Part shown: in pieces, positions 1 through 11,296 of the stretch
How the letters are laid out: each line of letters opens with the position of its first letter
How positions within the stretch are numbered: the stretch's first letter is position 1
Assembly: GCA_030141605.1 (NCBI GenBank)
Contig: JAQGDQ010000055.1
Location: 310,001 to 374,000 of the forward strand
Reading direction: 5' to 3'
Source: Tubiluchus corallicola
Lineage: Eukaryota; Animalia; Priapulida
DNA length: 64,000 nucleotides
Made by a program: the position numbers and the translations under genes
The notes under the pieces: model-generated
What the model was told of the DNA's origin: nothing
What the model saw: the letters and a program-made list of their open reading frames with translations, nothing else
Database searches by the model: none

Positions 1-756
1 ACAATAACATCATTATTAATACCTGGAATTACCAGAGCACAAACTACCCGCCAGGAAAGGTGGCAGCACCGTGGCATTGGGCGGACATGTTTCTTTTGAG
101 GTCCGTTAACAATTTTGGAAAATTGCAAAGTTTTTCTAATTTTTCACGTAACTAGCACGGTGCTGTTGATTAATTTATGTGAATAAAACTACTGTTATTT
201 TGGGCAAACATTTTGGAGGAGTTTGATATACTTTTACAGGTTTGTAGATGCATATATTAGTTCCAAACTTGGCGGCTGGTTTGAAGAAACCAAAAAAAAT
301 TGAAATAAGTTTTAAGATTTTATTCTGAAGTAGTGTCTACATAATCAGTGAAGTAGTATAATGTTGAAAAGCAAAAACAAGCGACCAAAATTACAGGTGA
401 AATCAGTTCAGGTATGAAAACAGGTTTAGAAATTATGCATACATGAGGGCTGGAGAAGCCAATGAAATTTAAACAGTAAACAGGAATATTTAACAATTTT
501 AACAAGAATGCACGAAAGTGGCAGCACTATGTAAAAGTAAAAAAAGAAAATGTACGATGAAACTATAATGTACAAATTTTGATTAATTAAAATAATTTTT
601 TCTGTCCACCGGCCAATGTCGTAGAACTGTTCTGTAAGTTGGACTACAACTTTCGCAAATATTTCAAACTTTTCATGTCTAGCTTTAGACTAATGTTAGT
701 GGCAGGCATTCTCCCGTATTGTGTAGCATTGCTTTCCTGTATGGCGTCTAGTGGTA

Positions 757-1107
757 TGAGTGCTGATCAGACTGAGTTTGATTCTAATACTGCAAATAAT
801 TGCGCAGTCTGTCAAGCTTCGGTCGGACCAAAACAATCTGGCACCCAGTGTGAGGTTTGTCTCAAATGGAGTCATTGTCCTTGTGTAAAGTGGACACCTG
901 AACAACGCAAGTTAGCTAAAAAAAATAACTGGATTCCACTGGAAATGTCCTTCACGCGATGACCCTGATCTCTTTGGTAGTATACGTGACTTGAGTAAGG
1001 ACCATCTAAAACTGAAAACTAAGGTACACGAAGTCGCCCATAACGCCTCTACGGACTTCACTCCCTTCAATCTCTGGAAATTTCATCACACGTTTAAACT
1101 GACTTAG
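757..1107 (+). pseudogene. Frameshifted PHD-finger fragment, likely a CR1/L2-type LINE ORF1 relic in nompC intron 8
   Basis: CAVC...QCEVCLKWSHCPCV, then after a frameshift in the A-run at about 918-925, GFHWKCPS(R) followed by a coiled-coil-like stretch. This is the C4HC3 pattern with the last Cys lost. Confidence 0.5.
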
Positions 1108-1236
1108 CTAAACGCAATAAACGGAAAATTAACCTTTCTGTTGTTGGTTTATCCCCTAGTTGCTGCCAACTAGATTTTTTTTGTGGAAAGTGAACATCGA
1201 TCCCTGAAGAAAAGATAAGTAAGCAAACATACCAAC

Positions 1237-1338
1237 CTTTGTCCTAGCAGAAACAGAAGCTTTGAATTTGTCAATGAGTCCCTCAACAATGTTGGTGTGA
1301 CCACGCTCTGCTGCTATATGTAAAGGAGACCGATCCAA
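1237..1338 (-). CDS. nompC: NOMPC/TRPN1 exon 8, LDRSPLHIAAERGHTNIVEGLIDKFKASVSARTK; gene continues beyond the window
   Basis: TTACTAG acceptor, GTTGGT donor, 102 bp; the DKFKAS...RTK motif is characteristic of NOMPC. Confidence 0.92.
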
Positions 1339-1836
1339 CTAGTAACATAACAAACATAAATTATTCAAACATCTGCCAAAGTGCATGTTTAACTGCTTCT
1401 GTACAACCTAGCTAATATGCAAGAAGGAGTTGTAATTCTCTCATTTCAAAGTTGAAATTGAGAAAATAAGCACAAATTTGAAGATCCTAAGAGAACCCAT
1501 ACGAGAATTTTATTCTGCTTGGCATCGAGTTTTAGGCATTCAATAACTTGCAAACTACCACAAAAGTAGTAGATCTACGAAACTTGCAGGGTAGAGACAC
1601 TGGCTCAGACAACGGTACGGCTAAAAAAGCTGGGATTGTTTAAGGGTCCGAGGAAAGAGGCTAGATGTCAAAGTGCGAAAATTAGGGCAAACTGCTCAGT
1701 TACACCACGATGGACCAGACACAGGCATAGGTGATAAACACGGTCTGATGTGTGCACAGGGAAAAATGGCAAAATCGAAAAGTAGGAAAAAGTGTCACAT
1801 ATGTTATTTTGATGCAATTAATTTCCATAATAACGT

Positions 1837-2515
1837 TAGAATGCGCTCAGTAGAAAGTAAATCTCTGCCAAAGCCGAACCCTCCTAAACTTATTTGTCTG
1901 ATTATTTTGATTAAAAAATTAACACAAAGATAAACAAACAAACATACAAAAATGCGGCTGTATTTGTACCATATTGACTAGAGAAAGCTCACAAAAGATT
2001 CGTTCATTAAATAGATTTATAATCGATAATGCACGAATGTTCCACATAGTGTTTATCTTCCCTCTTAACGTTTAATTTTGGCGATGGTAATAGACTGACA
2101 GATATGGATACGTATTTTTTATGTACGAAATCACCTTATAAGGCTATACACATTAATAAACAAAGGATATAGACATCTTTATAAGCGAGAATTTCTCGAA
2201 ATAAAATCGGAACTAACTCGTAGTTGTTTGTCCAGGTGGCGATAAAAGAAGTACAAAAAGAAGTACCAAATATCTCTCTGAGACCTCCACGAAGTGATTC
2301 ACGAATGTTTTTTTGTACATGGTATTCGGTCAAGTTTTGTGAAAAAAGAACCGACGAAAAGATTCCCATTTTGGCACCCTATACGCTCCTTTTTCCACAA
2401 AGTTTCATGGAAATCTGTTAGATAATTTTTGCGTAATAGGCCTTACAGCCATAACAGACAAAAAACAACCAAAACAAACTGTGTTGAAGCATAACTTCCT
2501 TGGCAGAGATACAAA
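1837..2515 (+). mobile_element. Non-autonomous Helentron-like (HINE/DINE-type) element
   Basis: Subterminal inverted repeats ATCTCTGCCAA (1861-1871) and TTGGCAGAGAT (2500-2510). The ends resemble the widespread TAGAA..GC.CTCAG...CCTCCGCCAAG and CATAACCTCCTTGGCGGAGGTA termini (from recall). Confidence 0.5.
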
Positions 2516-2569
2516 TAGCTAAAATAATTATCCCCACTGTAATCCTAACCTTAAACACATATTTTATTA

Positions 2570-2947
2570 AGTGTGCTATTTTTACCTACTTTTCCATTTG
2601 TGCCATTTTTCCCTGTGCCACTTTTATCTAACTTTCCATTGGTGCCATTTTTTTCTGTGCCATTTTTGGCTGTGCCATTTTTACCATGCCATTTTCTCTG
2701 CCATTTTTCCTGTGCAATTTTTCCCTACTTTTTTATTTTTGCTATTTTTTCTGATATTTTTTCTTGTACCATTTTTTTCTGTGCCATTTCTACCCGTGAC
2801 ACTATTACCTACTTTTCCATTTGTGATATTTTTTTCTGCTATTTTTGACTGTGCCATTTTTACCTATTTTTCCATTTGTGCTATTTTTTCTGCTGTTTTT
2901 TCCTGTGGCATTTTTACCTACTTTTCCATTTGTGCTATTTTCCTGTG
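2570..2947. repeat. Degenerate pyrimidine-rich tandem repeat (TGTGCCATTTTT-based)
   Basis: More than 20 imperfect copies; source of the spurious Phe-rich ORFs. Confidence 0.9.
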
Positions 2948-2964
2948 TCATAAAATTTTTTTAC

Positions 2965-3066
2965 CTTGTCATAGATGTGAGGATTAGCCTTCGCCTGGTA
3001 GAAGAACTTGATTAATTGTTCATCACCTTCCCAACACGAAATATGGAGCGGAGTGTGACCTTCGTC
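2965..3066 (-). CDS. nompC: NOMPC/TRPN1 exon 7, DEGHTPLHISCWEGDEQLIKFFYQAKANPHIYDK
   Basis: TTTTGCAG acceptor, GTAAAA donor, 102 bp, phase 0/0; matches TRPN EGQTPLHIAAWEGDE. Confidence 0.93.
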
Positions 3067-3188
3067 CTGCAAAAAAGCACAAAAACAAAATAATGAAAAA
3101 AAAAACACTTTGTCTAGCACTTGTTTGTAGAAGACGTTTGGTCGTGAAAATGTGAAATACTTAGGGTGAAACCTAAGTTAAAAGAAGG

Positions 3189-3500
3189 CGCGAGCCTAAC
3201 TAATGATGGCATCAGAAATAAACTTAATATTCAACAGCAAAAATATTCCACGTGCTCGTTGCACGTGTTTGCGAAAGCGTAAATTTAAAGTGCAGTGCTA
3301 CTGTGACATATTCGGTGCGTTGCACTAAAACTAGGCAAGTTTTAAGATAAAAATTCAAATTTCAAATTTGCCGCTGTGCTCACGCATGAGCTTTCGAACG
3401 ATTGTAGTTCGTCACAAATTAATACACCTGAATTGAGAGGTACAGCACCTGTTTTGTGTGAATGCGTTTCCGAAATGCAGGCGTTAGTGCCCGTCTAACT
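3189..3500 (-). mobile_element. Partial copy of TTAA-flanked MITE family A (Kolobok-like)
   Basis: Homologous, in inverted orientation, to 35619-36214 (shares ...CGAAATGCAGGC.CTAGTGCCCGTCTA). Confidence 0.75.
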
Positions 3501-3877
3501 GATGATGATGATGATAATAATAATATGGTTTCAATTTTTATAGGTCTATTGTAAATTAAAACGCATGTTAATCAAATCAAATAAATAATTTTTAGGAATA
3601 ATTGGATGATAATGGCGGGCAGCGCTTAATCACATGTGTTGGGATGAAAACATGTCACATAATCTAAGGTATAAGCTAACTAATTTTCAATGCTTTACTG
3701 CTAACAATAAATGATTCGTAATCAAGATGATTCCGCTTAATTACAGATATTGATGAGAATGAAATGTATGTAACGATTATGTTGTATTATAACAAGTAGT
3801 TCTAAGCACATGCACACATGCAAAAACATTGTGAAAAGACATACGCGTGAGTCAAAGCGCCAAGTTTGGTCGTCTTC

Positions 3878-4340
3878 TAGTTTAGTTTAGTTTAGTTTAG
3901 CTTAGTTTATTTGACACCCATAAAATAATACAATAAAAATAAACAAAAATACTAAATTTATCACGATAAAAACATTCAATAGGGTACGGAAGGGACGAAC
4001 GGAGAATGCTTTGCTTAAGTGGCCTTATGATGTGATTCAAAACATTGCAGAAAATTCTAAATAAAGTAAAATTAAACAATGCAATTTGATTACATGTGCC
4101 TATCGTAATACGAATACTGATTTACATGCAAGATGTTTAAACTTTTCGTTAATAATTTGGCATTCATGGCAGTGACCAAAGGATGTCCATTTATATGTGA
4201 TAGTAGGGAATTCCATATTGGCACTACATGATTTGAGAAGAAATTAGCAAAATTAGTTTTGGAAACACGTCTCACATATTGTAGTAGGATAACCTGTTCT
4301 TAATTGATATTTCCAACATTCACAAACTCTACATATTAAA
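3878..4340 (-). mobile_element. 5'-truncated CR1/L2-like LINE 3' end
   Basis: Residual RT C-terminal motif NFFSNHVVPIWNSL, then a 3'UTR, AATAAA and a (CTAAA)n tail. Confidence 0.6.
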
Positions 4341-4358
4341 TGCAATTGTAGAACGCAC

Positions 4359-4457
4359 ATTTTGGGCATCCACATTGGCACCTGCATCAACAAACGTTCT
4401 GCACATTTCTGTATCCTTTCGTCTTGCACCCACGTGCAGGACCGTATCACCGGTGTC
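4359..4457 (-). CDS. nompC: NOMPC/TRPN1 exon 6, DTGDTVLHVGARRKDTEMCRTFVDAGANVDAQN
   Basis: Translated by hand (a different frame from track ORF 4253..4471). CTTATAG acceptor, GTGCGT donor, 99 bp, phase 0/0; matches GDTALH.A.RRRD..M.R..VD.G.NVD.QN. Confidence 0.92.
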
Positions 4458-4480
4458 CTATAAGATATCAATTATTAGTC

Positions 4481-5138
4481 AAGCACAAGAAAGCACTCCA
4501 CTTGAGATTTGTCTTGAAATTTTATACCACTTGCGTACTGCCTTTTGACATACAGGGGTTGCATCGGCAGTAATGCTGTATAAAACTTGTAAATTTAAAC
4601 TACCGCCATGACCGTTAGACACAGCCATTTTGACGACAAGTCATTTGAAACAAGTTTAGATAATATTGTGTAAACTTTGAAAAAATAATCAGAGCATTTG
4701 CAGCGCACATGTCACTAACTAAGTAAAATTTTAAATTACTGTATATTGTCAATAAGATTAAAAATACGTTTTTTGGTTAGTCAGTGGTGCGCCTTGGAGG
4801 TGAGTCAAGGACATTTTACCATTTGGTGAAAACTTTTTAAATAACTAATAATTTTCTTTTCTCGTTACCTAAGTCTTTCAAGCAGGTAAGTAATATAACT
4901 TTGCATGGAAATTTCTTTAAGACATAGTTTAACATTGTTTTTTCTTCCCATGATTTACGTTGTGCGTAGGTGACGTCATGTAATGGCGCCGTGGGAACAG
5001 TACTACGGGAGTTTTGAAATGAAAACAAACAAAAATCCTTTCTACGGGAATACGATATATGCATAAAATTGCTGTACAGTAATATAATTTTAGGGCGATT
5101 TTTCTGAAACCTACTTCAGATACCCCCTTTCTTATTTT
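4481..5138 (+). mobile_element. MITE family B (Kolobok-like), longer copy
   Basis: Homologous to 8983-9387 but with about 270 extra internal bases. Confidence 0.65.
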
Positions 5139-5270
5139 TTAAATACAGCATTTAGTATTTTGGATATCTCCTAGCCTATTTTATTCCTAGTAAAAGACAA
5201 GGAATACACTACTGCCACGAGTTTCCTAAATTTTTATAAAGTATATGATATGAAAAAGTAAGCAACTCGC

Positions 5271-5375
5271 CTTCTTGGTCTGGCAGATCTGGGCTTCTGG
5301 GTTTGTCTGCAAGAGGTCCTTGCATGTCTGAGTGTTGCCAGCTTCAGCAGCCAATAATAGAGGAGTGTTACCAGC
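5271..5375 (-). CDS. nompC: NOMPC/TRPN1 exon 5, AGNTPLLLAAEAGNTQTCKDLLQTNPEAQICQTKK
   Basis: TTTATAG acceptor, 105 bp. The only phase-0 donor is non-canonical AAG|GCGAGT. Matches NOMPC PLLLA.E.GN...C.ELL. Confidence 0.88.
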
Positions 5376-5466
5376 CTATAAATAATAGAAATATGAAGTC
5401 ACATATCTTCCCTTTCTCACATTTTTCGTATTTTTATATTTACCTGTTATTTATTTTTTAGCTCAC

Positions 5467-5580
5467 CTGATCCTGTGACGTCTTCTGCTCTTTTCCAGAC
5501 GCTTTAATCAATAACAACACAGTGCCAGGAGAAACATTTGCCCTAGAGCAGACCAGGTGAAGTGGTAACTGCTTCAATTC
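5467..5580 (-). CDS. nompC: NOMPC/TRPN1 exon 4, ELKQLPLHLVCSRANVSPGTVLLLIKASGKEQKTSQDQ
   Basis: ATTCAG acceptor, GTGAGC donor, 114 bp, phase 0/0; matches the TRPN repeat QLPLH....R....LLKAS.K. Confidence 0.9.
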
Positions 5581-6031
5581 CTGAATGTTATGAAAAAAGA
5601 AAGTTGAGATGAGTTGAATAAGATAGCGCAGTTGCTGTAGGTGAAAGGTTAAGTGTACCACAGTAACGCGTCTTAACTATAACCGTCACGTGATATGTGA
5701 CATGTGTGTAAAGCAAAGATGTCTGCCGCATCAGTTCAGTATTTTCAGTTGTTTTATGTGGACTTTACTTAATTATACATTAGTCTGTGCGAAGAGTGAT
5801 TTACTAGCAGGACCTTGCTTATGAACAAGAAAAATGAACTAGGTAATGTTCTTGCTAGCTGTTAAAACTGTTAGTATTACAAAACTTGGACTGCGAGGCA
5901 TTTTCAAGTGTAAACAAATGCTTTGTCTGGTACCACTTAACCTTTGACCTTTTCACGATCATCATCAATCGTGGAACTGTGAAAAGGCTTATTATTCAAA
6001 AGGTTTGATTTCGAACATTTTGCATGCTCAC

Positions 6032-6130
6032 CCCTCCGGAAATGGACACGTCTGCCTTTTCTTTCAGTAGCGTTTTAACCGTATCTTCTTTACCCCACTG
6101 TGCTGCAAAATGCATAGCGGTTCTGCCATC
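6032..6130 (-). CDS. nompC: NOMPC/TRPN1 exon 3, ankyrin repeat DGRTAMHFAAQWGKEDTVKTLLKEKADVSISGG
   Basis: Translated by hand (absent from the ORF track). TTTCAG acceptor, GTGAGC donor, 99 bp, phase 0/0. Confidence 0.9.
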
Positions 6131-7850
6131 CTGAAATTGTCAAAATAATATAATATAATTAATTACAAAGGCCCCGCAAATAATTTCGGGTATAAATCCA
6201 CTTCTAATAATGCGCGAACATCCTACACAGTGTTAGTTTATTCACCTAACACAAGGCCAGCAGCACCTTTTGCTGAATTAAAGTTATAAAGTTTTAAACG
6301 AAGTACAATGGAATGACGTCAGAACAATGAAAACATCACTGTAGCTTCTAAGCGAGTATCGCTAAAAATGGAACCGCCAATCAACTCGTCGCAGCTCCTT
6401 TTGGTGGATTATATAATACGATAATATAATTAAACCACACTAAAAACCACAGAAAAATAAAATGGCATTTCATTGTTCATTAAAGAGTTTTCTCGGTTAT
6501 GAACCGACACTTATTGTTTATTAATCTAACGTTTGAGTTTTAATCCGCAAGCAGCGGCTTCTAAGAGAACCAGTACATTGTTTTTCATCTTTATTAGGCA
6601 TTGAATTTTGGCACCGAGCTATAACATTGAACAACTGTTAAACTGTATAGTCATAAAATATACAAGGTAAACACCTTTGTTAGGAGCTTAGACAATGGTG
6701 TGGTTTAATTGCACATTTAAATTATAGACTAACGAAACCAATAGCCACTTGTGCGATAAAGGTTTTTTATTTTTTTAATCGTATGGCCTTTCTGGACTCA
6801 TTACTTTATTTGACCGTATTTTTGAAATTAGAGTGCATTTATGTATGCATCTAATTATTGTAATATATTCTTGTCACACGATTGTTTAGACAAGATTATC
6901 TAGTAGTAAGCCTCTAGTGTTTATATATTACAAAGGCAAGTTTCAGTATAATTTATAGTAAAGTTATAACATTACTGTGCTAGAATGAAGCTTAGACAAC
7001 TACCCTAGACGAAAGAGATAGTTGTAGTTCCTTCGCGATATATTTTTCACGATGCTTTCTTTTGTTTTTATTTTATATTTATATGTATAATTAATGCAAC
7101 AAAAGTTGTTTAGTACGTGTCATGTTACCTTTTTTATGTTCTTGCTCCCCCTTACTTTAAAACCTGGCTACGCCCCTGCTTATTACTATAACATTATTTT
7201 ACTCTATTTGAAAAAACAAAACTGTAACAAAGTAATTGAATATTTTTGGAATATTACTAGCAGTTGGCTATTGCTTGGCAGTAATGAAACTACCCTAAAC
7301 TTGTTGAACTAAAGGGATTACTTGCTTCTAAAATAAGCCTGCACAGCCCTATCCTTTCTAAAAATTCAGAAAATTCAATGTAGCTTATCAATAAAAAAAT
7401 TAGAAACTTTCCGCATCTAATAAATAAAGAAAAATCATATCACTCTGCTGCTGTAATAATAATAATGAATGAAAAGCATAATAGTCATTATCTACGTAGA
7501 ATGCGAAAATTGCATGATCAACTATATTTTTTGGGAAATGCAATAAAATCAGAAGCTGTGCCATTTCGTGACTGTATTAATGTAGTCACGACTGTATTAA
7601 TGCTTTTGCTATTTTCCATGGTCATTACCGACCCGTGTGCGTATTAATTAAAGTGACGCACTGTCCATAAAAATCAATCAGATTAATTATATTGTTTTAA
7701 CCCGGTTCCCAGCCAAGTTACTTTTTAAATCAAACTGCAGCTACAACTCTTTATCAGCAAGGTATTAAGCAAGAACAATAATTAATGAGCAAATAGTCAT
7801 TCAATCAACCAGTTAATCAACCGACTAATCTTTCTACTGATTCGATATAT

Positions 7851-7990
7851 CAGTCAGTCAGTCAGTCAGTCAGTCAGTCAGTCAGTCAGTCAGTCAGTCA
7901 GTCAGTCAGTCAGTCAATCAGTCAGTCAGTCTGTCAGTCAGTCAGTCTGTCTGTCAGCGGTTTTGTTAATTAGTTAGTCGATCAGTCAGT
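7851..7990. repeat. (CAGT)n microsatellite
   Basis: Seen directly. Confidence 0.95.
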
Positions 7991-8982
7991 CAGCCAGCCA
8001 GTCAGTCAGAGAATCACACAATCAGTCAATAAATCAGCCAGAAAACTAGTTAGTTAATCAGACGACAAAGTAGTCAAGCTAACCAGCTAGCCAATCAATG
8101 AAGCAGCACACTAGCCAGTCAATACCAGGCATTCAGCAAGCTAGTCAGTTAAATGATATGATAATTTTACATGCATGCCAGAAAACGAAAGTAAAAACTA
8201 TTTTTTCTTTTAATATATGCATGATAACAATCTTTAAACCGTCTATCAAGTCATCTAGCTGTGATAACTAATATTTTCCTGAATCTGCCCTGCCCGTCAT
8301 TTTGCCCTTTCACCGTTTCATTGCTGAATGCAGCTCCTGTGCGCTGCAGACTCCTTGCTTAATTATTCAACTATTGACTTTTGCTGGAGTGTAAAAACTC
8401 TAAAAGCACTTTGCACCGTGTGTTAGCAAATATTAATTATTCATTTTTACGACACAGAGCACAAATCAGTCGGTGACTAATAATGAAACTATAGAGAAGT
8501 CGTTTTTGTGAAACCATTTGCAGAATCCATTTTTCATTATCAATGTTTCTCGACTTGCATTGGTGTTACACAAAAAATGAAAGCACTTAAATAGTCTGAA
8601 CAGTATAGCGGATCAAATACCTGATTGATTAGCAGGCTGCTTACCTAGCTGACTAAGTTGACTAGTTGACCATTTAGCTACTACTACTATAACTGTCAAT
8701 TTGAAGTATTAGCTATTCAAAAACATGGTTAAACTGAAGTTATTGCAGCCAACAATGCACGAACATTTCACATAATGTCCTCTTGTAAACTATTCAACAA
8801 TCACGTTAAAAGAATAAAAAGCCAGCTAATAAGCAAAGCAGCGACAAATTCTAACGAAAAGTTCTTGTTGGTTCGTGTTCTTTTTGTCACTTGAATAACA
8901 ATGCCAAAAGTGCTTTATAAAATTCTAAAATGCTACGGTTTTGTTACCACGTCACATGACAGTCTCTTGGCATGGCTGTTAA

Positions 8983-9387
8983 ACCACAAGAAAACCATCC
9001 ACTTACATGGAGCTTAAAAAATTCACCTGGAAATTTAATACCACTTACATACTGCCTTTTCGCACACAGGGCTTGCGTCGGCAGTAATGCTGTTTAAAAC
9101 TTGTAAGTTTAAAATACTGCAATGACCGTTAGGTAAGCGAAATGCTATGTAACATAACTTTGCATGGAAAGTTTTTTGGGGCATAGTTAACATTTCCTTT
9201 CCTTCCCATAATTTACGTTGTGCGTATATGACATCATGAAGTGGCGCGAGCGGAACAGTATTGCCGGAAATTTAAAATGAAAACAAACTAAGAATCTTTT
9301 CAACGCGAGTGCGATATATGCATGAAACTGCTATAAAGTAACTCAATGTTTTAAGGCGATTTTTCAGGTACATCCTTTTCTTGTCCT
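8983..9387 (+). mobile_element. MITE family B, internally deleted copy, TTAA-flanked
   Basis: TTAA at 8979-8982 and 9388-9391; termini ACCACAAGAAAA and AGGACAAGAAAA (reverse complement). Confidence 0.7.
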
Positions 9388-9914
9388 TTAACGTCGCCAA
9401 GAAAGCAAAAGGGCATGATCGTTTTGGGAACTTCTTGCTATAAATCATTTGTAACGTCACAGAATTTGAGGACAGAATTAACTCGTCATGCTGAAATTGT
9501 TAGTTTATAGTTTTGCACTTAAAATACAACTTATTGTAATGCGCCAGATGGATATTGCCATTAACGGATATATATTTTACTGTACATTGAATGAAGATTT
9601 TAATTATGTTTGTTTTTACTAAGATTAGCATTTTATATAGCAAATTTTTAATAAAAGATTTTACTACTACACGTATTTAACTACTATTAAGTAAAGATCT
9701 TATCATAGGAATGAGTTTTGTATAGGAACTGATTATGAAGTAGATAAACTCGAAAAAATATTAGAAAAAACGTGCATCTATAGCAAAATCTGGGGATCAA
9801 AGTCACTTACACGCAGAATTTATAAATCTAGAGGTTGGTTCTATATCGACCGATAAACGCCAACAACTTCAGCCTCAATTTTCTACTTCCGGTTCCATTA
9901 TTCAAAACCACTTT

Positions 9915-9928
9915 GTTGCCATAGCAAC
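9915..9928. promoter_or_regulatory. RFX X-box GTTGCCATAGCAAC in nompC intron 2
   Basis: Matches the X-box consensus GTNRCC-N(0-3)-RGYAAC; near-perfect palindrome. Confidence 0.4.
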
Positions 9929-10750
9929 GCAACAAACAGCCACGACGGTGGCCGTCGAGACCAATTAGCCATTGAAAGGTAAAAATCTTGAAGCTAATGT
10001 ACTTCATAAGTGTATTTTGTTTGTGGACTGTTTTCATACGGAAGAAATCAATGTTACGTTTATTGAGCAATTACCATAGGCCGACATTGTCGATTCACTT
10101 AAAAATTCTTGCACTTTTAGTTGTTCTTATTAGTTTAATGCTTTGAAATATGAAATATTATAATCCTAAATATAATTACTATAATACTGCATACTCATTA
10201 CTAGGTTTTGAAAATAAAAATCTTAATATTGAAATATTCACGAAATATTGAATTCACGAAATTTTGTTTACAAATTTCGAACAGGAAAGTGAGAAATGAG
10301 AACAAACCGTAACGTCTTAATTTCAACTGGTCTTTTTGTTTGGCTAGCCGGGAAATATGGATTTGCAATTATATATATATAAAGATGCACAATGTGCATA
10401 ATTTTTATTTTGAAAAACTAAAAATTTCATGTACCATGATCGTCTTAAGTGCATTAATCGCACCTAGTCAGATTAATGAAAATGTTACAAATTACTGATA
10501 AAGGCATTAACTGGCCACACACGTATTACAGGAGCTAACAAACCGGTTGTATTACATTATTTCTAGTTTGATAAGTGCGCTGGTTACATATATAAGAGAA
10601 ACACACAAGAACCGTAATTATGTGATTTGAAGAATATAAAATACACCGCTTGATTTTTTAAAAATGTTTAGTGGCAAGACCGATCATTTGTTTCTACATT
10701 CTAAAAGTTCTTTAAGTTATTTGCGCCCCCTTTATTCTTATTTGCCTTAC

Positions 10751-10852
10751 CTTTGCTTGAAAATTTACATCACTTCCAATATCTAACAGCCTGTCCACAA
10801 TAGACATCTTGTTATCTTTGACTGCAAACATTAGCAAAGTAATGCCAGTTTC
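10751..10852 (-). CDS. nompC: NOMPC/TRPN1 exon 2, ankyrin repeat ETGITLLMFAVKDNKMSIVDRLLDIGSDVNFQAK
   Basis: TTTTACAG acceptor, GTAAGG donor, 102 bp, phase 0/0; matches the NOMPC motif LMYAVKDN...DR...G.DV. Confidence 0.92.
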
Positions 10853-11125
10853 CTGTAAAATAATCACACTAATATTAAAATCAGTGACAGACGTGAGCAT
10901 TTTTTATTTATTTTTCCAAATCTTTCCTTTGTTTAGTTAGAAGCGAACTACAGTATATTTAAATTTTTAATTAACTTGAGCATCCTAATAGCTGTGTTTA
11001 ATTTTGAAGTGATGTATTATAACTTTGATATATCACACATATCAGACGGTTATTTTTTGTAGACTTTACATTAACACGCCTTTGAATGAAAACAAAGCAC
11101 GTTGCTTGCGGAACGTTGTTTTTAG

Positions 11126-11296
11126 ATAGTAAGAAGAAAACTGCACCAAAAGTTGATCCTTGGAGCATACCACGGTTTACTTCATTTTAGCTTATTTCAA
11201 AACACTTTATCAAGGTAGTTATATATACATAGTAAGAAGAAAAGTGGACCAAAACTTGATCCTAGGAGCACACCACAGATTTTAACAAGGTAGTTA
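11126..11296. repeat. Local tandem duplication (two diverged ~70-95 bp units)
   Basis: ATAGTAAGAAGAAAA..CCAAAA.TTGATCCT.GGAGCA.ACCAC...CAAGGTAGTTA occurs twice. Confidence 0.75.

Larger units (their letters stand above)
1755..2947. mobile_element. MITE-like element whose arms are inverted arrays of TGTGCCATTTTT(ACCTACTTTTCC) units; interrupted by a nested element
   Basis: 1755-1800 (CACAGGGAAAAATGGC...AAGTAGGAAAAAG) is the reverse complement of the units at 2570-2947. Confidence 0.55.

Noticed and set aside
1595-1745. Possible RTE-like LINE 3' fragment
   Set aside because: Too decayed; no tail or TSD.
2570-2947. Possible CRISPR-like array
   Set aside because: Units are degenerate and contiguous with no unique spacers; eukaryotic intron and no cas genes.
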